Positions 12,558 through 22,489 of a stretch of 59,483 nt of DNA are shown here, in pieces. The stretch's first letter is position 1; each line of letters starts with the position of its first letter. The stretch is from Bigelowiella natans CCMP2755 (Eukaryota > Protista > Cercozoa), in NCBI GenBank assembly GCA_000320545.1, contig ADNK01000580.1, positions 1 through 59,483 of the forward strand. The letters are read 5' to 3'. Below the pieces are notes generated by a model. The model worked only from the letters and a program-made list of their open reading frames with translations, was not told the origin of the DNA and made no database searches. Made by a program: the position numbers and the translations under genes.

Positions 12558-14459
12558 TGTGCGTGTGCAGCCTCAACTGTGCGCGGCCTCAGCGGTGTCA
12601 TGTGCAGTGACCTGGGCTGCGTGGGAGGCGGGTGCACGCAGTGTCGCAGCGAAGTATTTGAGCAACAACAATGATGATGACGACAGCAATGACAGCAATG
12701 ATGTGATGATGATGAGGATGACAACAACAATGAAACGTGGTGTCGTGAGGGACAATGAAACGCGCAGTGTCGTGAGGGACAACAACAACGCAGTGTCGTG
12801 AGGGACAAACGACAACGTGCTGTCGCAATTGGTCAAGGAGACTGGGCAGCTGTGGCAAGGCGGTTCATCAAGCAGTTCATTGTGGGGACATGTGTGTCCA
12901 TGCACGTGTGCGCGCAAGGAACATGCGTACCCATGCACACCACATGCACCCAAAAAGCACACATGCTCTGTTCACATCCACACATGCACCAAACAAGCCA
13001 CAACACATGCACCGAGGCACAGTCTGTGGCCATGGGCACATGTGAAGCATGCGATGTGCACACGTCGTAGACGGCTACACGCATGGGGACACACATGTCC
13101 ATGCATCATCAAATTGTGAAATTGTCGGCAGAGGCACTGGCTAGCTGGGCAGCAAGCAGTTTGTTGAGTTGTCGGCAGAGACACGAATGGGACTGGGAGG
13201 AGCAGCAACGACCCTGAGGAGCGAGGTGTCGGGGTGCGAGGCAGGAAAGGGAGGACAGACCAGCGTCACTGGTGTTGCCTGATGGCTGGATGGGTTTGGT
13301 GTTTCAGACGTGGTTCTGGCATTCGCAATTGTTGAGTTAGTTCAGGTCGAGAACACCGGCGACGGCGCCGGCAATTTTTGATGCCAGACCTGCATTTTGG
13401 GTGTCATTGGGATTGACCCCGTGGTTTTTGATGTTCCAATGGTTCAATGGTGTTCATCAAAAAGGATGTTTTCCGTTGATTGTTTCGTCATTGTGCGGGC
13501 ACACTGTCTGCGAGCACACTGCGGGCATGTTGCGGAACATTGCGGGCGCAGGCGCGACGTGACGGAGCAATCACACTGGCACAGTGTGACAAGTGCACGT
13601 GCATTGATGTGCATCGGCCCAGCCATTGCACAAGCCACAAGCTTGTGCTGGCTAGCAAGGCTGTGCGCACGTGCGTGATTCACTGCACTGCATGTAGTTT
13701 GATGACTTGACTGTCTGGTTCTTGTGCCAGCCAGTGCACATCCATTGCCAAATTGACAGTGTGCGCTTCGGCAGATGCACTTGTCACACCGCCCAGTGTC
13801 AGAGCTAGCTGCGTCTAGACGCTGAGCAGGTGCGCTAGTCTGGTGGTGTGAGACGTTGTTCACGAGCACAACAAGCTGCGAGCACTGAATTGACCACGAT
13901 GCGATTCATGCAGATTCACACATGCACATGCTGTCGTGCTGGCGTGCACACACACGTCCACGGGGGCGTGCACGTGGAGCGTTCTCCTTGAGACTTCCCT
14001 TGCGTGTGAGAGTGCCACAGAATCGTGCTTCCACGTCGTGGACAACTCTGGAACTGACAACAAACACACACCAGCACGTGTGCAGCAATGCAGCAACCGG
14101 GTTCATCCGACAAGGTTTTCATCATTGTCTCTGCTCAATGACGACGATGGGGATGGAGGTGCAAGCTAGCAAGGAGGTCACAGTCGTGACAATTCACATC
14201 GAGGAACAGTCTGAAAGTGATGGAATTGGTGTTTGCGACACACGCCAGCACGCACGTCTGGGCGTTGCGTGCACACGCCTGCAAATTGTCAATCATCGAA
14301 ACGTTCAACAATCATCGCCCAACACTCATTCATGCAATGAGCAATGAACAACAATGATGAACTGCATTTCCAAAATGTTGCAAGACATTTGCAGTGTGCG
14401 AAACGCAGTGCCTCGAACTGGCTTCAGTGGACTGACTGGCAGAACAGACAAGCATGGGT
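12480..14459. repeat. TpA-erased degenerate repeat tract (tract C), continuing briefly at ~20175-20245 beyond the LTR element
   Basis: TA very rare and mostly CTAG; none from ~14170 to the LTR at 14460. Contains (TG)n 12512-12553 and a family R copy. Confidence 0.85.
12736..12808 (+). repeat. Short tandem repeat, 3 x gtgtcgtgagggacaa
   Basis: Three units seen directly. The first is preceded by cgtg and the other two by cgca. Confidence 0.8.
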
Positions 14460-14785
14460 TGTAGCGCGTACCACTACGCGGGCACAAGTCACGTGCGACA
14501 ACAAAGGGGTTGTCGCGGATATAGAATATAGATAACGTAGATATTAATACAGCATAGGCACGTGGGTTCCGGCGGGACTCATGGCAGCACACCGGAAGTG
14601 TGCTGCCCCACGTGCGGCGGCATTCGCGAAAGCTTCGCGAATGATTACGCAGTGCACGATTTAATAAAAATATAATCTTTAATAAAAATAAACACAACTC
14701 TTCAAAAGGAAGCAAACGTGCCTTTCCCCCCCCCTGCCTACTTGTGCACGTAGCGCCTCGGCCTGTGAACACCTTACGCGCAACA
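14460..14785 (+). repeat. 5' LTR of copy 1
   Basis: Starts tgtagcgcgta and ends tacgcgcaaca (10/11 terminal inverted repeat). Contains AATAAA motifs at ~14663-14692. Confidence 0.97.
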
Positions 14786-14790
14786 ACCTT

Positions 14791-14808
14791 TGGCTTCCAC
14801 ACACGGGA
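14791..14808 (+). promoter_or_regulatory. Putative primer binding site
   Basis: tggcttccacacacggga begins 5 nt after the LTR. TGG is complementary to tRNA 3' CCA. The cognate tRNA was not determined. Confidence 0.6.
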
Positions 14809-14824
14809 AACGATTTGACTAACA

Positions 14825-16165
14825 ATGTCACAGCAGCTAGAAGAACAGCAGGACTTTGGCTCGCAGGCCGTGCAAGGGCACGAGCAGAAACAGGAAAGGA
14901 AGGGCGATACGGACGCTAAGGAAGGAGGAGGAACACCTCCACAGGCACCGCCGGGACCAGCACCCGGGATTAAGAAAGCAGATGCAGCAGCAGAGGCACT
15001 GGAGAACTTCTACGAGGCGGACGACGAGGACGTGGCCGCCGAAAGCAAGAAGGTCGTAATGGCATTACGAGCCTTGCGACCCAGGGCGAGCAACTACGCC
15101 AAACTGAAAGTATCGATAGAATACAAGTATCAGACACATGATGTTTGGGCAGCTATCATGCAGGACATCATGGATTACGAAGCAGACTTACCTCCAGAGT
15201 GGGCAGCTTTGTTTAGGAACGACGGGGGTCTGGGCGCCTCGCGGGGGACGACCCAGAGCACCGTCAAGCAGCAGCAGCCGGTACAGCGGAACACCCAGTT
15301 CATGTCTGTTAAAACAGCACCGGTTATGATAACGAAATACAACGGGAAAAGAGGTGAGGCAAGGAGGTGGTGGAAGAACGCTAGGAGTATACTCTGCGAC
15401 TTTACCCCTAACCCCACCGAAAACGACAAGCTCAAATGGCTAGCTATAATAAAGCAAGCCATGGACCTTTACGAGACAGGCAGGACCCGGATCAGGCAGC
15501 TAGAGAAAATACACACTACAGTTAGTGGGCTACGAGACGTTGAGGCGATAATGAAGGCTTTTGTAAATGAACAGGATGCTAACTCCCTACCCCAGGCTAT
15601 TAGAAAATACAGAGCAATGATGCAGCATGAGAGAGAACCTGTTAGAGACTTTGCCACGCGCTTCCAGGATATGATCGACGAACTACATGATTTTAATTAC
15701 AACACAGGTGATGATCAGGCAAGGTTTGAAGAGTTCAAGTTAAAGATAAAGGAATCCACTTACGTTACGGAGAAAGGCTACACCACGATGGAGGCAGCAG
15801 TGCAGGCTATATCCCTACGCGAGCAGGAGCAGGACCGCAAGTTTACCAGCCCTAAGGTACCTGGCATAGGAAACATTAACGCTATTAAGCCGCAGCGAGA
15901 CTGGTACAAGGACAGGGAAGGTAACCGACGTTGCGGATACTGCTCACGTAAAGGGAAACACACCGCTAAAGACTGCAGAGACAGGAAAGAAGGACGACCC
16001 AGGATGACGATCAGGCAGCTCAACGAACACTACGAGAAGTTAAAGAGAAAGAAAGGCAGAGGACAAGGATATAACAACAGCAAATGGCAAGGCAGCAACA
16101 ACGGGAAGAACAATAAATATAAGAACAAAAAGCAGAACAGATCAATGCTATACAGCAGCAGATAA
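14825..16165 (+). CDS. gag: Gag of copy 1 (ends early because of a 1-bp deletion at 16140/16141)
   Basis: Zn knuckle CGYCSRKGKHTAKDC. Identical to the N-terminus of the 1657-aa ORF of copy 2 up to KKQN. Confidence 0.9.
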   Translation: MSQQLEEQQDFGSQAVQGHEQKQERKGDTDAKEGGGTPPQAPPGPAPGIKKADAAAEALENFYEADDEDVAAESKKVVMALRALRPRASNYAKLKVSIEYKYQTHDVWAAIMQDIMDYEADLPPEWAALFRNDGGLGASRGTTQSTVKQQQPVQRNTQFMSVKTAPVMITKYNGKRGEARRWWKNARSILCDFTPNPTENDKLKWLAIIKQAMDLYETGRTRIRQLEKIHTTVSGLRDVEAIMKAFVNEQDANSLPQAIRKYRAMMQHEREPVRDFATRFQDMIDELHDFNYNTGDDQARFEEFKLKIKESTYVTEKGYTTMEAAVQAISLREQEQDRKFTSPKVPGIGNINAIKPQRDWYKDREGNRRCGYCSRKGKHTAKDCRDRKEGRPRMTIRQLNEHYEKLKRKKGRGQGYNNSKWQGSNNGKNNKYKNKKQNRSMLYSSR

Positions 16166-16239
16166 ACGGAATATTAGATCACCTTAAGCAGGCGCCGACG
16201 AAGACAGCAGTACCAGCAACGCAGGACCAAGACAAGCCC

Positions 16240-19200
16240 ATGACCCTAGACGACATAAAGAACTTAGGAGTATGCAACATTAATGACGAAGACGCTAACA
16301 GGACTATCAAAGTTGCTATGACCAAGGTTAAAGTTAAAGACAGCTACGGAGACTACAAGAAACTACCTGCCCTTTGGGATAGTGGCAGCATGCCGAAGTC
16401 CTTCATAAGCCTAAGCACAGTAAGAAGGTTAGGACTATTGGATCAAGTGACTAAGAAAGAACGTAAATATGCTCAAGCAGACGGAAGCTCTTCCATGAAG
16501 ACCGTCGGTGAGCTAATGCTAAAGCTACAGATACCTGGCAGCGACGCGGAGACCCAAATCAAGACCCGAGTAGCCATGACTTTATCCATGGAACTACTCC
16601 TCGGACAGGATGCCCTAGAAAAATTAGGGGGGATCATATCATTCTACAATCACAAGATATACTTTGCTAAGTTGCCAAAGAAGTCAGGCAGGACCATCAG
16701 CCAGAACATGATACGGCTTGACGAGTGGACCTCTGAGTCAAGCGTTAATGCGTTAGAGTTTATGGACCTAGCGGACAACAAGCTACCTACACCTACCGAG
16801 CTACGGAAGAAGAACCCCGGCAAGACCATCCGACAGATAACGGAGCTACTGGACAAGACCCCCCCAGCTGATGATTGGGATATCGACAAAGGCAAAAAGT
16901 ACATTAATAAAATATTAAACGAGAAGTACTCTGACATCACCAAGCCGACGACGAAGCCCTCCAGCAAGCTTACCCCAGTAAAGATCGAGCTAAAGAAGGG
17001 ATACGAAGAGTGCATCATCAATGACCCAGAACATAGGCGACCGGAAGCGGACTGGGAAAAGATAGAGTGGCAGATCAATGAATGGGCAAAGGAAGGGAAG
17101 ATAGAGCCAAGCAACTCACCATGGAACGTGAGACATGTGCTAGCTAAGAAACCTACTTACCCTTTCTTCCGCCTGGCGCACAACTTCATCCGCCACAACC
17201 GAGTAATAAAGAGGATCCAGACACCTACACCAAGGATAGATGACGTTATTGAACACGTCATAGGATACAAATACTACTCTTCCCTAGATAAAAATGAATC
17301 ATACATGCAGACACCCATCCACAAAACCTCCCGCCCCATTACCGCGTTCTCCAGCAGGCACAGGAAGTGGCACTTCGTCGTATTCCCTTACGGCCTAAGC
17401 ATATCAGGGGATGCGTTCAGTAGTCAGAACTACAGGGCATACACACATGATGGGATGGCGTCTGTGTTGTGGGTGTTTGTGTTTGTGTATGTGGATGATG
17501 ACATAATATGTACCAACACAGTCGTCGCTCAGATCTTCCTCCTGGAAAATATATTTATTAGGTTTGCACACTTCGGTTTTACTATTAGACTGCAGAAGTG
17601 TACATTCCTAGCTACAAGAATCAAGTGGTGTGGATATTACCTGGAGCAAGGCCGCATCACCCCAAACCCCGAGAAAGTAGCAGCACTACAGCAAGCCCCT
17701 AAACCTAAGAATGCAAAGGAGTTAAAGTCATTCTTGCAGACTGCAGCTTGGATACTACGTAGGTTCTCCCCTACCTACGCTAGGACTGCAGCTGCTTTTA
17801 CTACTGCTTACCGGAAGGAGAACTCTGTAGGCCTCAGCTTCGCTAAGGTGTGGGCCAAGGCTGGCCTTGATGCCCACTTCGATAACCTAATAAAGTTATG
17901 CAGCAACACCCTATTGAATGCTAAGCTAGACACTACTAGACCAGCTACCCTATGGACAGACTGGTCTAAGCTAGGTATGGCTGCTGTACTTACCCAAGAC
18001 CAGCAGATCATACGGGTGTGGGGCAGGGCCTGCACAGCAGCTGAGGCCAAGTACAGCCCTACAAAAGGAGAGTATAAAGCCATGACTGAGGCGCAGAGGA
18101 AACTAAGATACTACCTGCTGTCGGTGCCCAGCTTCACCTTAATGACTGACCACAAGCCCCTCCTAGGCATCGACCGCAAGCTCGAAGCGCCTAACGATGA
18201 GTATGCAGCTATGAGGGCGGACACGGAAGAGTTTAGGGACAAGAGGACAGTGGTCTACGCACCAGGAGACAAGCAGCTTGCTGACTATTTCAGCAGGCTG
18301 TTCGAAAAGAAAGTCCCTACCCAGGTCACCCCTATGGTTAACGCGATTACCTTCGAGGACGGCGACTTCCTGCCTGAGCCAGAGGAGCTCCAGCACCTTC
18401 AAGAACACCTGGATAAATACAAACACAAGCATGAGGTACTTAGTGATAGGATATATGTATACACTAATAATGTTAGGCGTACCTACGTGCCACGGCGGAC
18501 CAGGGGAGCCCTTCTCTTTACCGCCCATGGACCTGCACACGTAGGAGAAAACCATATCACTGCTCTACTCTACCATTACTACTGGCCCTACAAGCTAAAA
18601 GAGATAAGGACATACCTGCGTGGCTGCAGGTGCTCCAGCTTGAAGGCGGCAGGCGTCGCCACCAAGGAGTCCAGCAAGAGCCGTGCATCTAAGAAAATCA
18701 AAGCAAGGAACTTCTTAGATATCGTGCAAATTGATGTTTATAAGTACGATGGCTATCACTACCTTACCTTCGTTGATGTGGCCACTGGAAAGTGCTGGGT
18801 TAAAAAGATTATCAAGGTCAACGTTGCTAAGAAGAACAAAGGCTTATATAAGCAGAGGCTTACTAACTGCTACCGTACCTGGGAGTCTGAGCTCCAGGCT
18901 ATCCCTGATGAAGTTAGCATAAACAAGATACCAAAGAAGTTACATGTGGATAATGAGACCTCTCTTCTACAGCTACCACACCCTAATATTGATGCCTCAC
19001 CTGTATACTATGCCCAGTCCAACTCCAAGGTAGAGCGACTCCACCGCACCTTGGCCAACCTAAGCAGGATAAATAGCACCACACCAGACAAGATACAAGG
19101 GTTAGTAAACGACACCTTCACGTCTGGGGGAGGTATCAAGGATAAGGAGAGGGAAGAAGGCGACGACAACGACGACGATACCGAGAGCGAAGACGAGAAG

Positions 19201-19797
19201 GTCCCGTACGATGGCCGAGTTCTAAAGGAAGGACAGTATGTTAGGGCCAAGGTAAATCTGAGATCGAGAAATAAACAAGACCCCTTCTGGGGTGGCGTTG
19301 CAAAGGTTACCGAGAGGAAGGGGAGGAAGCAGTACTACATCTATGATGGGAACAGGGTCACCTTGCGCCACATCAGTCACCTAAAGAATTATGATATCGG
19401 TGAGAAGCTCCTAGAGGATGTTAAAGTAAACCCTACTGTGTGGGAGCGAGCAATGCCTTGTTTAGGACCCCGACCTAAGTTCGATGTGGAATATGGAAAC
19501 AATAAGGTCAGGGTGAACGACGATTGGCGCATGAAGATTGTCTATCTAGGCTACCCTGGATTACGAAATATGGAGAGGGTAGCTATGAAAATAAAGGACG
19601 GAAAATATCAGCTACTCTACCTAGCTGTTCCCGACTTACCCTTTGAGCACTGGTATAAGGTCCTGGGGGACCTTGATGCAGAGGGCTGGTATGGACACGA
19701 ACCTAAGGACGAAGGTGAGTTCTGGGTAAGCGACAAAGGAGATAAGGTTAGAGAGGAATCTATTACCTGGTGGTTGGTGAAGTTCCGAAAGCGATGA
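16240..19797 (+). CDS. pol: Pol of copy 1: protease, RT, RNase H, integrase, C-terminal Dam-like domain
   Basis: Protease LWDSGS; RT SPWN, LDKNESY, PYGL, YVDD; RNase H WTDWS, TDHKPL, ADYFSR; integrase H..H/C.C, QIDV, HVDN, KVER. Confidence 0.95.
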   Translation: MTLDDIKNLGVCNINDEDANRTIKVAMTKVKVKDSYGDYKKLPALWDSGSMPKSFISLSTVRRLGLLDQVTKKERKYAQADGSSSMKTVGELMLKLQIPGSDAETQIKTRVAMTLSMELLLGQDALEKLGGIISFYNHKIYFAKLPKKSGRTISQNMIRLDEWTSESSVNALEFMDLADNKLPTPTELRKKNPGKTIRQITELLDKTPPADDWDIDKGKKYINKILNEKYSDITKPTTKPSSKLTPVKIELKKGYEECIINDPEHRRPEADWEKIEWQINEWAKEGKIEPSNSPWNVRHVLAKKPTYPFFRLAHNFIRHNRVIKRIQTPTPRIDDVIEHVIGYKYYSSLDKNESYMQTPIHKTSRPITAFSSRHRKWHFVVFPYGLSISGDAFSSQNYRAYTHDGMASVLWVFVFVYVDDDIICTNTVVAQIFLLENIFIRFAHFGFTIRLQKCTFLATRIKWCGYYLEQGRITPNPEKVAALQQAPKPKNAKELKSFLQTAAWILRRFSPTYARTAAAFTTAYRKENSVGLSFAKVWAKAGLDAHFDNLIKLCSNTLLNAKLDTTRPATLWTDWSKLGMAAVLTQDQQIIRVWGRACTAAEAKYSPTKGEYKAMTEAQRKLRYYLLSVPSFTLMTDHKPLLGIDRKLEAPNDEYAAMRADTEEFRDKRTVVYAPGDKQLADYFSRLFEKKVPTQVTPMVNAITFEDGDFLPEPEELQHLQEHLDKYKHKHEVLSDRIYVYTNNVRRTYVPRRTRGALLFTAHGPAHVGENHITALLYHYYWPYKLKEIRTYLRGCRCSSLKAAGVATKESSKSRASKKIKARNFLDIVQIDVYKYDGYHYLTFVDVATGKCWVKKIIKVNVAKKNKGLYKQRLTNCYRTWESELQAIPDEVSINKIPKKLHVDNETSLLQLPHPNIDASPVYYAQSNSKVERLHRTLANLSRINSTTPDKIQGLVNDTFTSGGGIKDKEREEGDDNDDDTESEDEKVPYDGRVLKEGQYVRAKVNLRSRNKQDPFWGGVAKVTERKGRKQYYIYDGNRVTLRHISHLKNYDIGEKLLEDVKVNPTVWERAMPCLGPRPKFDVEYGNNKVRVNDDWRMKIVYLGYPGLRNMERVAMKIKDGKYQLLYLAVPDLPFEHWYKVLGDLDAEGWYGHEPKDEGEFWVSDKGDKVREESITWWLVKFRKR

Positions 19798-19803
19798 AGG
19801 TCT

Positions 19804-19848
19804 AAGGGAATAAGGAAGGAAGGAAGGAGCAACGTGACTTGGGGGAGG
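19804..19848 (+). promoter_or_regulatory. Polypurine tract
   Basis: aagggaataaggaaggaaggaaggag...gggggagg directly before the 3' LTR. Confidence 0.8.
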
Positions 19849-20174
19849 TGTAGCGCGTACCACTACGCGGGCACAAGTCACGTGCGACAACAAAGGGGTT
19901 GTCGCGGATATAGAATATAGATAACGTAGATATTAATACAGCATAGGCACGTGGGTTCCGGCGGGACTCATGGCAGCACACCGGAAGTGTGCTGCCCCAC
20001 GTGCGGCGGCATTCGCGAAAGCTTCGCGAATGATTACGCAGTGCACGATTTAATAAAAATATAATCTTTAATAAAAATAAACACAACTCTTCAAAAGGAA
20101 GCAAACGTGCCTTTCCCCCCCCCTGCCTACTTGTGCACGTAGCGCCTCGGCCTGTGAACACCTTACGCGCAACA
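19849..20174 (+). repeat. 3' LTR of copy 1
   Basis: Matches 14460-14785 and is followed by the TSD GGGT. Confidence 0.97.
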
Positions 20175-20981
20175 GGGTTTTGCATCAAATTGAATTGAAT
20201 CACTGCGAGCACATTCCAGGAGCAACGCGCTCTCTGTGCAGCTCTGGTAGTAGACAATGCATGCAGTACTAGACCTACGTCAACAGTTGTTCCAACCAAA
20301 AAAGGGAAGGGATAAACTCCATCAAATCGACAAATCTCATGTCGCAACAAATACCGATTTATTGTTTCAAAATTATTGCCGAAATAATAATTTTCGAACT
20401 ACCATAAATCACTAACTAAAATATATCCGGAAATTAAATTTCGGTTGTAAAAAACAAAGCGCATTTCCTCCATAATTTGCGGGAAGTTGAAGAAAGGATG
20501 CGAAAATGGCATTACTTACGAGCATGAGTTTTGGTAGTTGCGATAATAAAACGACGAGAATCAAATCCAGAGAGGATACGTGTGTGTTGGTGTTCTCTGA
20601 TCGGTTGATTTAGATAGAAATTCGCTATTTAATAGGAATAATAATTTCGTAAAAAAACAAACTGGTCAAGCATAAAAGCGACAAATTAGACTACGTTTTG
20701 GTGATCTTGAAAGTTAGCTTGCCTAAAGACATGATCTGCTAGTCTTAATTTCGTACCTAGATTATTTTTTGTTCGGCGTGGACGAGCCGGTCTCTTTTTC
20801 TTCAAAAAATACTGGTCTTTTTATACTTTATGTGTCCGGATACTTGTAAAAAATCTAAAATCGTACGGCGTTCTGTATTCGTTTCGCTTTCGTCAGACCC
20901 CGTATCTGCCCGTATCTTCGCAAGATTCGCACGATCACAGTTTCACCCACACAATCCAAACCTCTCATCCATATCGAAATC

Positions 20982-22152
20982 ATGTCTGCTGAAAAGAAAA
21001 AGTTGAAAATCTGTGTCGGTGGCGGTGGAGGATTCATCGGGGGAAACCTTGCTCGTCGCCTGCATAAGGAGGGACATCATGTTGTGTGCGCTGACTGGAA
21101 GCGCAACGAATACATGGAAGAGAAGGATTTCTGCTCTGAGTTCATGCTTATCGATCTTCGCAACTACGATAACTGCCTAAAAGCATGTAAGGGCTGTGAT
21201 GAGGTTTACAACCTCGCAGCTGATATGGGAGGCATGGGATTCATCCAGTCTAACCACTCAGTCATTCTCTACAACAACACCATGGTATTAAACTGAAGTT
21301 GCTATCTAGTAAATGAGGCTTAGAAACACCCAACAAAACTATGTTTGAATACACATTTCTGTATCTGATTCCTTTTTTCTTTGGTAGATCTCATTTAACA
21401 TGGCTGAAGCTGCTCGAGTATGCAAGGTTCCACTGTTCTTCTACTCCTCTTCCGCTTGCATCTACCCAGAATTCAAGCAGACGCAGGATGAGATCCTTGG
21501 GCTTAAGGAGTCAGACGCATGGCCAGCACAGCCTCAGGACGCATATGGTCTCGAAAAACTTGTCTCAGAAGAGCTTGCTATCCACTATGAAAAGGATTTC
21601 GGCATGAAGTGCCGCATTGCACGCTTCCATAACATTTACGGACCATTCGGTACCTGGATGGGAGGACGGGAAAAGGCTCCTGCTGCTTTCTGCCGCAAGG
21701 CCCTTACCTCTACCAAGGACTTCGAAGTCTGGGGAAATGGAAAGCAGACTCGATCCTTCTGCTACGTTGATGACTGTGTTGAAGGAATCCTTCGTATCAC
21801 ACACTCTGACTACACAAAGCCTCTGAACCTTGGATCAGACGTCGCTATCAGCATGAACGGTATGGCTAAGTTGTGCATGAAGCTTGCTAAGAATGAACTT
21901 CCTATCCGCAACATCCCTGGGCCTGAGGGGGTACGTGGTCGCAACAGTGACAACACCCTCATCAAGAAAGTTCTTGGATGGGCACCAAGTATCACTCTCG
22001 AAGATGGACTTGGACGCACCATCAAGTGGATTAAGGAACAGATCGAGAAACTTCCTGAACAAGAAAGGGCTAAGCTCACCTCCTCCGTTATCGTGAAGCA
22101 AGAAGACGCGATGAAGGAGAATGCTGAAACTGCGGCTGCAACTAAAGCATAA
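20982..22152 (+). CDS. GME: GDP-D-mannose 3',5'-epimerase (2 exons: 20982-21284, 21388-22152; 355 aa)
   Basis: GGGGFIG Rossmann motif, NLAADMGGMGFIQSNHSVILYNNTMISFNM, YSSSACIYPE, PQDAYGLEKL, GGREKAPAAFCRK, GPEGVRGRNSDN. Confidence 0.97.
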
Positions 22153-22489
22153 ATTGTTTTCTGATTTGTGCTAACAGCTATATTCAAAGTTAATTAATTC
22201 ACATATGCCTCCTTACTAAAACAAATGTATTGAGGCTGGATGTGAGTGGTATTTTCAAAAGTTTTTACTTGCGTATCTACGTCCAAAATATCACAGCAGT
22301 TCTTTGTGGAATCGAGATGTCATGTACTCAGATTCAGAGTCTATGAATCTAATCTGCATGTTATGTATGAGTGGCAAAAAAAACATATGGGCGGATACAG
22401 CACAGCGTAATGGTATAAGTAATGATGCCTATTTGGATGGAGAAAAATGCTTACTCTCGCGCGGTTTTCGTCTTCTACAGTCTTGTGAA

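Larger units (their letters stand above)
14460..20174 (+). mobile_element. Ty3/gypsy-type LTR retrotransposon, copy 1 (full length, 1-bp frameshift)
   Basis: Apparently identical 326-bp LTRs TG...CA (14460-14785, 19849-20174), 4-bp TSD GGGT (14456-14459, 20175-20178), PBS-like TGG, PPT, and gag-PR-RT-RH-IN order. Confidence 0.97.

Noticed and set aside
12736-12808. CRISPR-like repeat-spacer appearance (also 38880-39030, 49023-49175)
   Set aside because: Only three units with short, mutually related spacers, a eukaryotic context and no cas genes.
14326-14802. Antisense ORF across the LTR (MWKPKVV..., repeated at 36780 and 57465) and small antisense ORFs within gag-pol
   Set aside because: GTG start, termination in variable flanking DNA and no motifs. 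They recur only because the element is repeated.
16120-16240. Programmed gag-pol ribosomal frameshift
   Set aside because: Copy 2 encodes one continuous ORF, so the split in copy 1 is a 1-bp indel.
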